The notes under the pieces: model-generated
Database searches by the model: none
Told to the model about the DNA's origin: nothing
The model's input: the letters and a program-made list of their open reading frames with translations, nothing else
Part shown: piece by piece, positions 27,333 through 40,604 of the stretch
How the letters are laid out: each line of letters starts with the position of its first letter
Position numbering within the stretch: the first letter of the stretch is position 1
Source of the DNA: Octopus sinensis
Taxonomy: Eukaryota
DNA length: 64,000 nucleotides
Reading direction: 5' to 3'
Assembly (NCBI RefSeq): GCF_006345805.1
Contig: NC_043008.1
Coordinates: 8,060,001-8,124,000 of the forward strand
Translations under genes and position numbers: made by a program

Positions 27333-27338
<6 letters not shown>
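26850..27338. repeat. Perfect 168-bp inverted repeat with a 153-bp spacer
   Basis: 26850-27017 is the exact reverse complement of 27171-27338. The right arm runs straight into (TA)n. Confidence 0.95.
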
Positions 27339-27387
<49 letters not shown>

Positions 27388-27602
27388 TGAATGAATGTCG
27401 AGAGTAAAGGAATGTTGTTAACATCTTCGTTCGACTCCATTCTTTCATTCATATACAACACACTAATTTCTACACAAGAAACCGGAGTTTTTATCCTTGA
27501 CAGATCGCTTCAACCGTGTTTTCCGACGTGAATTTTCTACCCAGGTTTCGGTTAAACGAATTTTCCATGCTGACGATAAACATAGGATAATTCATTCACC
27601 TA

Positions 27603-27653
<51 letters not shown>

Positions 27654-30182
27654 GAATGTATGCGTGCAGGTATGCAAGTGTGTATGAGCGTCATACTTTT
27701 GGGGAATAACGTGTCTCCTCTTTGACGGAAAGGAAACTAGCATACACTTTGTAGTCCGATCTAAGGGCTGCATAACAGTTCGACAGGAATTCTAGATTAC
27801 GTAAATTTTGGTTAGAAGAGACATTCGGTGTCTTTACGAAAACACAAATATATCACACTATTGGTGCTGCTAATTAAAATCTCCTCTTTATGCCCTAACT
27901 GTTGTTTCTTCTAAAAACAGAGTAGCTACTGATATTGAAACTGGTGTCAAATATTAACGTATGTATCGATAATTTTAAGACAGATATCACGAAAAACATG
28001 TTAATTACTTGGTTCTACATGCATTGATCGTTTAATAAGCGTAGGAGATGGAATTTTATCTGATTATTTTCATATAGATAATCTCATAAAATCTACCATA
28101 GCATGCTGCCAATGTATCATTGCTTTCATGCTGAAGAAATTATTTTTTCATAATTGTTTCAACACTTCTATTATAGCCCATTTTTAAGTTTATATTTCCA
28201 TTAATAACTTCGTTATTATATTTTACAGTGCAGAACTGTGAGTATAATAGATATAATTAGATATTTAATTATTTCATATTGCACATGAAGTATACGTTAC
28301 ATCTCCGCTTTTTTAATATTATTTTATTATACTTTATTATTTATGTTTTCCATTTTTCATCACCGTGTGCAGACTTACTAGCTTTATATATTATACATTA
28401 CATAGATATGATATACAAACGCTTAGAACTTCATTATGATTTGTAAGGTTTTACATTAATATATCATGCAAGATATTTTGTATTCTTTAGTAATATATAA
28501 CTTTTACTCCTTTGCTTTCGTTATATATAATTTGATATGTATTGGATAACCTTTTCTGAAATTGCATATACCTGTTTCTCGCATTTAGAAATTAATATAA
28601 GCACATATACATGCAAACGAAGACACATACTAGGACACATAAAGTTTGGTATTTAACTTATAACATCCTTCATTGTGTTACCCGACATATGATGGGTGCC
28701 TTTAGAGGTGTAATCTTGCCTCAAGGGAAATATCGTCAAATATGGAATCCGTTAAGTAAATATAATCTAATTTGTATAATATAACTCGGTGTTTCTAGAA
28801 AATGGTGAAATTAATACTACTTTTCATCAACAGAAAATCTATAACCGAAAAGAATGAAATAAACGAATTCCTCATTTTTAGTACTCCTACCCAAAAGAGT
28901 CTGTTTTTATCCCCACCTCACCAGTTATGTTAAATAAGTAACATGTGTATCGGTTATAGCTATGTAGGGAGCAAAACCAGGAATTGTAGGGATAATCAAA
29001 GAGCATGTACTGAATAATTTCTTTTCATTATTTTTGGGTGTAAATATATTGGAGCGCTAGCATACCTTATATACCATAAGATGTTGTCAAAAAATTAGAT
29101 AAATTCCGTATAAGCTCTCTCTCTCACTCGCTCTCTCTTTCTCTTTCTTGCTCTATCTGTCCATCTCTTTTTGTCTCTCTATCTATCTCTCTTTCCTTCT
29201 CTCTCTCTCTCTATGTGCAACAGAGATAGTTAAGCGGTAAGGAATGTTTCGAGGTGACTTGGTAAATCATCTGAAGAAATGTTACTCATTATCTTCAACA
29301 ATTATTATATGTGTGTGTGTTTCTGTGTGTCTGTGCTTCCGTATGTGCGTTTGTGTATGTGGAGTGGTATTTGTGTGTTTGTGTGTCTCTGCTTATATAT
29401 GTAGGTAGGCATGTATATTTGAATTTATGCGTGAAGGTGCTTGGCTACGTATGTATCGTCGCTATCACTTGATTTCAAATATCAAATCCCCTGCTCATTC
29501 TAAGTTTAATTTATGACAACCAGGTACCATAATTTCCATTCACGACCTCTTCTTCGCTCTAAACCACTTATTCACCTGTTTTCTATTTATTTATGTACAT
29601 TCTGAATGGGTAAATAATCGTAAATTTAAAAACATAATCCTCCGTGATTTCCCAACATGTTAATTTTCATATTAAATATAATTTATCGTTATGAAGCTAT
29701 TCAGTTTATAATGAACTTGTTATAAACAAAACGTAAGTAGGACAATATGAAATAAAATGTTGAATTTGTATGGATTTACAAATTACAAAAGATGCAGTTA
29801 TTGTCTCACATCGACAATATAAAGGAAATTTATTGACGAGTTTATTTTTGTAGTTTATTTCATATTTCATGAGCTCTGAAAGAGAGCAGCGTTCCTCAAA
29901 CATCAACGGGACAAAAACAAAATATTTATCAACGGAACCATGTGATCTAAATACGTCATAAAATTCAGATATTGGTTCTAGATATGAGTGTGACTGAAAG
30001 TACTCTATACAATACCTATACACACATACAAACACATACGCACATGCATATGCATATATACTCAGTTATTCACTATGCGTATGTATATGTGTGTATATAT
30101 GCATATATATGTGGGTATGTTTGTGTGTGTGTGTGTGTGTGCGTGTTTGTGTGTGCGCGCTCGCGCTCGTGTGTGTACAGAG

Positions 30183-30413
30183 TGGCACTCTACCGGTTTC
30201 GACAACGAGGGTTCCAGCTGATCCGTTTAACGTAACAGCCGCTCGTGAAATTAACACGCAAGTGGCTGAGCACTCCACAGACACGTGTATCCTTAACGTG
30301 GTCCTCGGAGAGATTCAGCATGACAGAGGGTGTGACAAGGCTGCGCCTTTGAAATACAGGTACAACAGAAACAGGAAGAAAGAGTGAGAGAAAGTTGTAG
30401 TGAAAGAGTACAG
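30183..30413 (-). mobile_element. SINE family A, 3' half
   Basis: Reverse complement of the 13560-13770 module (gtggctgagcactccacagacacgtgta...cctttgaaatacag). Confidence 0.85.
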
Positions 30414-30414
30414 T

Positions 30415-30830
30415 GCTTTGCTGGCCAACAAACAGAAGTCAGCAATTCGCACCAAAGGATCAAGCCCATTGCCGAAGAAAGTTTTTGTGGTTGAATTGCA
30501 ATGCACGCCCACACACGGCGCTAAGACCATTGAAATCATTGACCAATTGTGATTTGAAGTGATGAAACACCTTGCTTATAGCCCACATCTCGCCCTATCG
30601 GTTTACGATGCTGAGAATTTCCTACGGATGAAGATGTGAATGAAACGGTGCACAAATGGTTGCACGACCAACCGAGAACGAAAACTTTCTACTTGGAGGA
30701 AATTGGAGGAAAAGCTTATGGACCGATGGAAGAATTGCATCGAAAGGGAAGAAGACTATATAGAAAAAACGCCCCTGTTTTTGTGTAAATACATTGAAAA
30801 CAGGGGTGCCTAATATATTTGACTCTCCCT

Positions 30831-30834
<4 letters not shown>
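30415..30834 (+). mobile_element. Decayed mariner transposase C-terminus and right end
   Basis: Frameshifted translation SAIRTK...NARPHT...HLAYSPHLA...DEDV...VHKWLHDQP...MDRWKNCIEREEDYIEK, matching mariner HDNARPH and YSPDLAP motifs. Ends at ...ctctcccttg followed by (TA)n. Confidence 0.85.
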
Positions 30835-30866
<32 letters not shown>

Positions 30867-31560
30867 TGTCGCTTGATTCTTCAGTAATGATGACATGGGA
30901 AAAGGTCATTTACTGCTTCACTGCCACTGATATCGATGGTTCTTTGGCCGGCTTTAGCATCTGCTCGGAAAACTGCGTTAGTAATTCAGTTGCTTACCTA
31001 CTTCACTTCCCATTTCATAGAATAAACGAATATTAGAATATAAGAATATTAGAATAAAACTATACGTGCATACGCACTACTCTTACAAAATCAAATGTGT
31101 AGACGCGTGCACAAGCACAGAGACTATGCAGACACTCATACAAGTACATATATATCTGAAGCGATATGTATATTTTAAGTGTGAAGTATGACACCTCATT
31201 ATTTTATTTTTCCGCTAATATATTTCACAACATGAGAACTTAAATTAGTGGGCCATCTAGCTAATGTCTTTGATCAGCCAGTATTATATCATTCGCTAGA
31301 CAGCGAAGATATTTTTCTACTGTTGCCAATATTGATGTTACTAACAACATATCGCCAACATTTCTCTAAAAATAATATTCCTACAAAACTATTAATGTCA
31401 ATATACACTAATTGCATAATTTACAATATTTTTCTTTATGCCAGAGTCTCAAACATTTCTATCATAAATAACAACGCACCAATAAAGAAGTCTTGGTATT
31501 ATATAATCTCGTATATTCACATCCGCACAACTTGGAAAAAATATTCTCAATTCAACCTGA

Positions 31561-31612
<52 letters not shown>

Positions 31613-32484
31613 TGTGTATGAGTGTAACAAAACTGGAATCTGGAATATTTTGGGGTATTATTTATTCACCATTAAACACCTTTCATTTGTTGCAGAGAAA
31701 TCGGGAAACTGTACATGTTAGATAAGCATGTAATAAATTTCCTATTATAGATTCTTCAGACAGAGAATCAAATAACCTAGGTTGTTCATATACAAGTGTG
31801 AGTGTGTATGTATGATTGTGTGTGTGGGTATGTATATATGTAATTATATATGTATATATGAAAACCTATATATAATTACGTAACTTTTGCCACAGATACA
31901 TCGAAAACTTGACACAATATCTGAGCATTATGTAAACCCAATCAGATTACCTATGAAGAAAATAGTACAAGGGTAAGTGATCCCTATAAACTATGAATCC
32001 ACGAAACTTATCACTTTACAAAATAGAGGACAACTCAGGATAAATATAGGTTGAATTCTCTCATCAGTTTCTGAATGTGCTAACAAAAATAAATAGAGAT
32101 TCAAATCAGAATCTCGTAGCAGAGTGTACTTTCGTTCAAGCGGGGATTCTTAGGTTTGTATATTTATTTCCCCTGTGGGTGGTAATTCCGGCTGAAATAT
32201 AAGGCTAAATACAGCTTGCTTACTGAAACAGTATCAGAGTCATTTTTTTTCCGTAATGCAGTCAGCTGGTAGTATTTCTCATGAATCGAATTTTGCTTCA
32301 ATAAATTTACCTGTATAAGAACAATTCGGACATACAAACATATGACTATTATAGGTGCACGTCCCTCTTAGTATTGGGTTGCTGAATGTTAAGAAATTAT
32401 CCCTGATTCGCTTCCTTCACAAACTGCTGATAACAGTCACTAATTAGGAGACACAGTAGCTTTCGTTGTGGAAGACGAAATACC

Positions 32485-32705
32485 TATTTCTTTACTACTC
32501 ACAAGTGGCTAAACACAGAGAGGACAAACAAGGACTGACAAACGGATTAAGTCGATTATATCGACCACAGTGCGCAGCTGGTACTTAATTTATCGACCCC
32601 GAAAGGATGAAAGGCAAAGGTGGAATTTGAACTCAGAACGTAGCAGCAGACGAAATATCGCTAAGCATTTCGCCCGGCATGCTAACGTTTCGGCCAGCTC
32701 GCCGC
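32485..32705 (-). mobile_element. SINE family C
   Basis: Reverse complement of 13908-14138 and 61284-61514, with a small internal deletion. Confidence 0.9.
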
Positions 32706-33358
32706 ACTACCTTCATGTCGTTCACATTATGATATATCTAGGATATGTATAAAGGCCAAAATCAGGCTTTGTATTCTTTGTTGAACAGTTGAATGCATTT
32801 GACAGTGTGCTATAGCCCATCTTGAGAGTACTTGCCCGTTATGGGTGTGTACCTATATTCATACATATTGCGCACCAACTTAGTAGTGATGTGCTTATGA
32901 CAGGAAGAACGGAACTATACCTGTATCATTTTCTGTTATACATAATCGGAATCACGTTTGTGCCTTTGCACGTACCATTTTACAGTAGTGTATTTTTTGC
33001 GATATGGCATGAAGCGTTCAAAACCCCTGCAGCTGTAGTTGATTATTGGTACAGAAATAAATGGCACACATAGTTTCATCTTCGAATAAAGTATTTGACT
33101 GTTTGCGAATTACCGTTTGTAGACGAATGAGGCTTTTTTTTAGCCAAATGAGATCACCATGTATTTATGAAAAGATAAATTCTGATGGATATGCAACGAA
33201 TAACGATCACAAACAGCACTGCAAAAACAGATCACTGTATCAAACAAATGTATTGCATAGAACATGCCGCAGGGTATGAACGATGTCTGCCTCTTGGAAT
33301 AAAAGCAAGTTTGAGAGAAACAAAAATGCGGAGAGGTTTTTAATATCTTGGAAATATA

Positions 33359-33969
33359 GGCGCAGGCGTAGCTGTGTGGTAACAATCTTGCTTACCAACC
33401 ACATGGTTTCGGATTCAGTCCCACTGCGTGGCACTTTTGGCAAGTGACTATATTATAGTCTCGGGCCAAATAAAGCATTGCGAGCGGATTTGGTAGACAG
33501 AAACTGAAATAAGCCCGTCGTTATATATATATATTGTATTTCGGGATGGACATTTTTTTTTTTTTGGTGGAAGGGAATAAACACACGCACTATATATTTG
33601 TTCCTCATTCGTTTATTCTTGTTCTTATTTTAATTCATGTCTATTGTCCTGAAATCTTTCGTCACACACCTGTGACCTCTTCAGTATAAATTTCCAACCT
33701 CGTTTGTGCTTGTGCTCCGCTTAATCCATTCTCGGAAAGTGTTGCTGAAGAGATCTCAGATGTGTAATGAAAGATTTCCGTATAATGGACTCGGATTAAA
33801 ATAAGAAGAGTAATAAACGTGCGAAGAACGAATAAATAGTGTGCGTGTTTATTTGGTAAAAAAAAACAAAAAAATAATGACCATCCAGAAATACAGCAAT
33901 ATATAATTCAACACAGTTTCACACCAGGAATCTTGCAACCGAAATTCATAAAGCTACATATATATATGC

Positions 33970-34002
<33 letters not shown>

Positions 34003-34311
34003 TGTGTCTGTGTCTGTGTGTGTGTGCGTGTGTGTGTGTGCCTCTGTGTGTGTGTGTCTGTGTTTGTAATGTAAGTATGTAATTATGTATGTATATATGT
34101 GTGTTTGTCTGTGTTTGTTCGCCCATTACCGTTTGACAACGGGAGGTGGTGTGTATACGTCCCCGTAATCTAAGGGTTCAGCAAAAGGAGTGCGACAGAA
34201 TAGGTACTGTGCTTTAAAAAGTATTTCTAGGGGCCATTTCTTCGACTAAAACCCGTCAAGGTGGTGCTCCAGCATGGCCAGCCAAATGACTGAAACATGT
34301 AAAAGAGTAAA
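33359..34311 (+). mobile_element. SINE family B (head 33359-33520, tail ~34095-34311) split by an internal microsatellite and a nested MITE
   Basis: Head GGCGCAGG.GT.GCTGTGTGGTAA...GGTTC.G.TTCAGTCCCACTGCGTGGCAC; tail as in 39080-39244. Confidence 0.85.
33531..33903. mobile_element. MITE with ~25-30-bp imperfect TIRs, inserted into the (TA)n of a SINE B
   Basis: Left end atattgtatttcgggatggacatttttt versus the reverse complement of the right end, atattgctgtatttctggatggtcattattttt. TA context suggests Tc1/mariner type. Confidence 0.6.
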
Positions 34312-35139
34312 TATATGAAAATGCATGCATTTAGACTGAAGCCACGTATTGCTTGGGTGATTTCACTATTTTACAAAGTGTAGCCTTGAGTATGGGAAAG
34401 CCAGTTGTTTACGAGATATTCCCTGATCTTTCCAAGGTGTGGAAACTGCGCAGGAATAAAATTTTCTTGCTAAGAAATTCATCATTTGCATTTTTTTTTT
34501 TACGCAGAAGATTCTAAGCCAAAACAGGTTAGACAATATAACTAATACGAATGTTCTCGCTTGTGCCAAGCTTCCAGTTTATTTCCTAATGTCATGCAAA
34601 CCTTGTTGCGTTATGCTGAACATCTAAGCAAGGCCCCTCATTCTAGACAGGCGAAAGCAAATACATATGTGCTTTCGCGAATAGGAGATGCAGTTTTGTT
34701 GCATAAATAATTCAAATGTGTATTGAAATTACTTTTCGCAGATATCCAGTTGAACTCAAAATTGTGAGTGGGAATTGGAAGAGGCAGGTCTCTGCGTGGA
34801 AGAAGGTGAGGACTATGAAGTTAAAATGTTAACACTCTACATAACATAAGTTCGCATATAACTGCATATAAGACGTGGAATACGCGAAGTGACCGCAGTA
34901 CAACAGTATTTACATGTTTCTCTATATAACTTCGAGGTCATTATCAAACTAACAGTTTACATGTGAGTGTGAAAGTTCACTCAAACACACATAGAATCAT
35001 ACACTCGCACACATACATATATATTCATATATAAACGTCATGTGCATAGTGAACGAGGAAAGTCAGTCCCTCGAACCCAAAACCTGTGCATCAACGGTCT
35101 CTCTATTTCCCCCGTCCCACACAAAGAATGTTAGAGTCC

Positions 35140-35260
35140 CTAGGCATAGACGAAAATGTATCATATGAAGACACTGTGTCTAAAGATAGAGTGACCCGAG
35201 AATATTACACAAGACTTAGGAAAATATGGCGGTCGTAACTCTTCTGTTACAACAAAACAG
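35140..35260 (+). mobile_element. Internal fragment of an R4-clade LINE (post-RT domain)
   Basis: Translates LGIDENVSYEDTVSKDRVTREYYTRLRKIWRS*LFCYNK, homologous to YLGIHE...KEYYRRVRSILNTELNAKNK in the 51185-51724 ORF. Confidence 0.65.
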
Positions 35261-36319
35261 TATCTCGTAACTGGTTTCTCTCTCCATTTATTAATAAAAG
35301 AAACACTCGTTACTTGCCAACCTTGTGTTATTCAAACCAGATTTTAGAATATATACATTATACTACCTGGAATTCCACTAACACAGTCATGGCTGAAACT
35401 AATAACAACACTATATATGAAAATAGTACTAAAGCACCAGTAAGCTACTTAAGAAGACGCTAAGCACTCTTTTCATTTTAAAGGATTGTACATTACACTG
35501 AGGTCTACTTCTATACAGTGAAACTTCCACGATGAATCTTCTATGGTATATATGAAGTGGTTATAAAATAATTAAACGAAGCCGCACAGCCATTCCTGCG
35601 CGTCTTTGTATTTTGTTTATTTTTATTTCTTATACTTTCGATAAATAATTATTCTAAGAATGTAATCTCTGATTTTAAATACTGTTAAATATGGTTTACG
35701 AAGTTCACCTGACAATCAGTTAAGTATGGGGCTCAACCCACACAGATATTATAGAAATATTTGTTTCCAGACGATGTTTTTTTTTTGTGTGTGTGTGTTA
35801 CAATCAATTGAACTGGAGTTATTTACGACTGACAGATATATGCCAGACATTACAATGTCGAAATACAAATTGTCAGCTGCTGGACTCGGATTCTGAACAT
35901 GACGACGCGCATTTGAATGCGTAACTCAAGTGAGGTAATTAAATGTTGTAATTAAAGTCATTTAGTCTAGCTCACTATAATTTCTAGCTCTCCACCGACG
36001 GCAGCTATGTCGGTTACGAACTGATAAACGTTTCAGATGTACGAAGAAAAACTGTCAACTGTGATTAGACATGCCAAAATATATTAAGCGAAAAGTAAAA
36101 TTTAAGAAATATATATCTTTAAGATACAGAGAACAGATAAATTCTAAGAAAATATTAGCAAATCATGAACTAGTAAATGCAAAAACAGTTAAGACTGGCA
36201 TTGTTATCTCTATCAGGAAAGAGGACAATATACTATACAGTCATAAACAATGCTAAAAAGAACCAGGTAACAGCAGATAGAGCATACAAAAATCCATATA
36301 TATATATATATACATATAT

Positions 36320-36591
36320 GCAGGAGTGGCTGTGTGGTAAGTAGCTTGTTTACCAACCACATGGTTCCGGGTTCAGTCCCACTGTGTGGCACCTTGGGCA
36401 TGAGTCTTCTACTATAGCTTCGGGCCGACCAAAGCCTTGTGAGTGGATTTGGTAGACGGACACTGAAAGAAAGTCGTCGTATATATGTATATATATATAT
36501 ATGCGTTTGTGTGTTTCTGTCTCTGTGTTTGTTCCCCTAGCATTGCTTGTCTGTGTTTATGTCCCCGTAACTTAGCGGTTCGGTAAAAGAG
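36320..36591 (+). mobile_element. SINE family B, 3'-truncated
   Basis: Head near-identical to 38884; internal TA/TG tract; partial tail. Confidence 0.9.
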
Positions 36592-36599
36592 TATATATA

Positions 36600-36643
<44 letters not shown>

Positions 36644-36724
36644 ATATGTATGTATACGTACACACGTGTTAGTGCATGTGATTAATCCATAGAGAGTGAG
36701 ATAATAAAGCACATCAACACAATT

Positions 36725-36771
<47 letters not shown>

Positions 36772-36957
36772 ATCTAATGTAGGATAACATTTTTCTAAGA
36801 AATTATATCAATGGCCAACATATTAAAAAATACCTTTAAAGGTTAATTTATAAGCAATTTATAAGTAAGGGCAAAAGAAAAAAAATTCTAATGCCAAAAT
36901 ATGCCGAAAATAGACAAACACAGACATACAAACACACACACACACGCACACATACAC

Positions 36958-37029
<72 letters not shown>

Positions 37030-37040
37030 ATGTAGGTGTG

Positions 37041-37081
<41 letters not shown>

Positions 37082-38115
37082 ACATGTACTTTATGTATGT
37101 ATGTATGTATGTATGTATACGTACATACTTGTGTGTGTGTGTCTGTCTGTGTGTGTGTGTGCATGTGATTAATCCATAGAGAGTGAGAAGATAAAGAACA
37201 TCACCAAACATTATTAGTTGATTGAACTTGACTATACTGCTAGGTTTTCTTTCCTATACTGAAATCCTACTTTTATTTGTACTATGGTGTAAAACATCGC
37301 ATTATTTTCTTTCTTCGATAAAGCTTCGGTATATTCAATCTGCAAAGACCGATAAGCTCACTCGTGCATCTACATAAAACCACCTCTTTCATGCTTCAAT
37401 AGATAACTGCAACTACGACAGTTTGGATAAGTATATTACAAGTCGTTCAACGATTTACATTATATTTTATGGGCATTTTCACTTACGTTCAGCTGTATTC
37501 CGCAATTGCAATTCTGACCTCGATGAGCCAATTTCACTCGTAAATGTCTGATAGACTTTAGTGACATAAAATATATCAAGGCTTCCAGTTGAAATATGTC
37601 TTACATGATTAAATCTCATAAGTATATGGAAAATATTGAAAAATAATAACCTGCCCCGTTGCACTTTCTTTGGAGAGATTATACTTTACTAAAGAGTGTA
37701 TAAAATTGCAGAATTCTCGTAGACTACATGAAGTAATAGCGTAGTAATATATTCCCCTTCCTCTCTAAAGGATAGTTCCAGAAGCTCGTGAGTCTTGTCT
37801 GTTTTAATAGAGATGTAGTGAGGAATAGTTCCCCGACAGAACAGTTTCCAGTCTACAAACTAGTTAAGTGTGGTTTACAAGCAAAATTCAACTAATTAAA
37901 ATTAATAAAAACACATTCTGTCGTCAAAATGGCAGACAATGCCAGTTTTATTAAGATACTTTTAAGGAAAGAAACTAACTGTATCATTTCGAGAAAATTT
38001 GACCATGTATTTTCAGTTATTTTCCAGTGAGTTCGATGCCTGAGACTACTGATACATAAACCTCTAGAATATTATTCCATCACAAGTTACCCTACAAAAT
38101 AATTGCTATTCAATA

Positions 38116-38858
38116 CTAGATTACGCGTGACCTGTTGGGTCACCCATAGTTCAAGGTACCCGAAAAAACCGCATGTCTCGAGAACCTGTGATCCGATTTA
38201 CTCGAAACTTGTTGTATTCCGTTTGTATTCACATTTCAATGGTGCCGTACTTTCACTGTATTTTCCGTTATGTGGCGGTTTGGCTACTTATAAGCGTACC
38301 CGAAAAAAACTGCGTATCTCAAGAACCCGTGATCCCACTTATGTGAAACATGTTTTGTTCCGTTTTATTCACATTTCAATGCAACCTTATCTTCAAAGTA
38401 TTTTCCCATTATGCGCCGGTTTGGCTGTATTAAACAACAGACAAGCAAGCACGCAAGCAGGCAATCATAAAAGTACCCGAAACAACAGCGTGTCTTGGGA
38501 TCCCATGGTCCGATTTACGCAAAACTTGTCATATTGTGTTTGTATTACCATTTCAGGGACGCCATATTTTCAGAATATCTTCCCATTATGCGCCGGTTTG
38601 GCTGTATTAAATTGCAAGCAAGCATACAAACAAAATTTTCCAGGTTTCACTGCTTAAATTTGTGGAACCCACCCACCCAATTCGCTTATCTCAGGCATCC
38701 ATGGTCCGATATACGGGAAACTTGATTTATTCTGTTTGTATTCACATTTCAGGGGTTACTTATTTCCAGAGTATTTTCTCATTATGCACCGGTTTGGTTG
38801 TAGTAAATTACAGAAAAGCACAAAAGAAAGCAATCACAGAGTTTTAGTAGTATAGAGA
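38116..38858 (-). mobile_element. Non-autonomous Helitron carrying four degenerate tandem units
   Basis: Minus strand reads A|TCTCTATACTACTAAAAC at the 5' end and GTGACC-caaca-GGTCAC hairpin then CTAG|T at the 3' end. Internal unit cores at 38189, 38330, 38506 and 38702. Confidence 0.75.
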
Positions 38859-38883
38859 TTTATAGAAATACTATACAGTTATA

Positions 38884-39244
38884 GGCGCAGGAGTGGCTGT
38901 GTGGTAAGCTTGTTTACCAACCACATGGTACCGGGTTCAGTCCCACTGCGTGGCACCTTGGGCAAGTGTCTTCTACTATAGCCTCGGGCCCACAAAAGCC
39001 TTGTGAGTAGATTTGGTTGACGGAAACTGAAAGAAGCCCGTCGTATATATGTATATATATATATGTATGTGCGTGTATGTTTGTGTGTCTGTGTTTGTCC
39101 CCCTGGCATTGCTTGACAACCGATGCTGGCGTGTTTATGTCCCCGTCACTTAGAGGTTCGGCAAAAGAGACCGATAGAATAAGTACTGGGCTTACAAAGA
39201 ATAAGTCCCGCGGTCGAGTTGCTCGATTAAAGGCGGTGCTCCAG
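38884..39244 (+). mobile_element. SINE family B
   Basis: Head, internal (TA)/(TG) microsatellite and tail ending at ggtgctccag. Confidence 0.9.
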
Positions 39245-39506
39245 TGAGGGCGCAAATTCTGCAGTAAATCCCTCCGGCTCTCGTATGCAGATTAGTAAAG
39301 ATTCCTCAAGGTCATTTTAGTTTGGTTTCCTCAAACATGTGTGTTGGTGGGACGAGCTCCATTAAATGTGACAAAATCGTCCAGTTTCTTTTGTTTCGCA
39401 CTGTAACAAGCTATTTCTTATCCGCTCTTCATGGTATCACCAGAGCACACCAAGACAGGTGCAGCGATACGCTCTCAAAGCATGTATCAAATATCCCACA
39501 TACTGT

Positions 39507-39575
<69 letters not shown>

Positions 39576-40213
39576 ATGGCTTAAATAATTAAATATGCTT
39601 TAATTTCTCACCCACTAATTCGTGAGTGTGTATGGTGCTGTGTTTTCAAAAATAAATATTATCTTAATATCATCAATCTTGTATCTGAGGCTGACTTATA
39701 TATAATTCCTCTTGATACATCCTCCAAACATGTTTTGGTTTCCATTTGAAACCATTCACTTCCCCCTTTTTTTTTTACCTCAAATTTTAACGAAATTAAC
39801 TTAAATTAATTTCACTGAATATATCCGTGTACTTTGATCTCAAACTTCGGTATCTTTATTAAGCTTTGCTTCAGGCAATGTGCTGACCTATATCTAATTA
39901 CAATTATTCGTATATTTGTAAGGACAATATATTTATTAATGAAGTGAATATCAATCTACCTACAACCCCAACCCACACACCCACACACCCAAACTCCCAC
40001 ACACTGTCTTTCACATACATTTACAGTCTAAGTCTCAAGATTTAAAATATCTCTGCCTCATATACATATACTTAAATCTATTCATACAAACCTGAAGTAG
40101 AATATATTTTGAAATGACTGTGAAGAGCTGATATAAGTATACTTAGTAGAAATATAGACAACAAACAACTATACAAAACACATTGATAGGCACATGCTAT
40201 ATACGTACTCATA

Positions 40214-40604
40214 TCTTTACACATAAAAGTGAGGTTGTGTGCTGTCTGTCTCCTACAATTTAGATTCCTAACTACTCCCACATTTTGCGGTGCAGTTTAA
40301 CCAAAACCGGGTATCTTATAGTCGTGATTCATATCGAGCCCTTCTGTGTATTAGCGCGCGTCTACGATGAATCTACGATTTAAAAAAAATTACCATCAAT
40401 TTTTCCCATTTTTTCCCATTTTTGATGCATTTTTGGGAAGTAACTCTCTAAAAATGTATTATTAAATCTCAGAACGTAAAAAGCCACAGTAACACCCCCT
40501 TTGCGGTTAGCCATATTGAGATGGCTATTATACTTTACATCTCTAAAAATGTTTATATAGTTATTTCCTTTACAAACCCGAGCAACGCCGGGCGATACCG
40601 CTAG
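40214..40604 (+). mobile_element. Short non-autonomous Helitron (391 bp)
   Basis: A|TC start; subterminal GC hairpin CCCG-agcaacgc-CGGG; CTAG|T end. This is the canonical Helitron A/T insertion signature. Confidence 0.75.

Noticed and set aside
34508-34805. Plus-strand micro-exon candidates (34508-34527; 34742-34805, YPVELKIVSGNWKRQVSAWKK)
   Set aside because: The splice-like signals are plausible but expected by chance. There is no recognisable homology or supporting neighbouring plus-strand exon.
38103-38858. CRISPR-like array or coding repeat (184-aa ORF 38103-38657)
   Set aside because: The units are long and degenerate with no unique spacers, and there are no cas genes in a eukaryotic context. 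The array lies inside Helitron termini.
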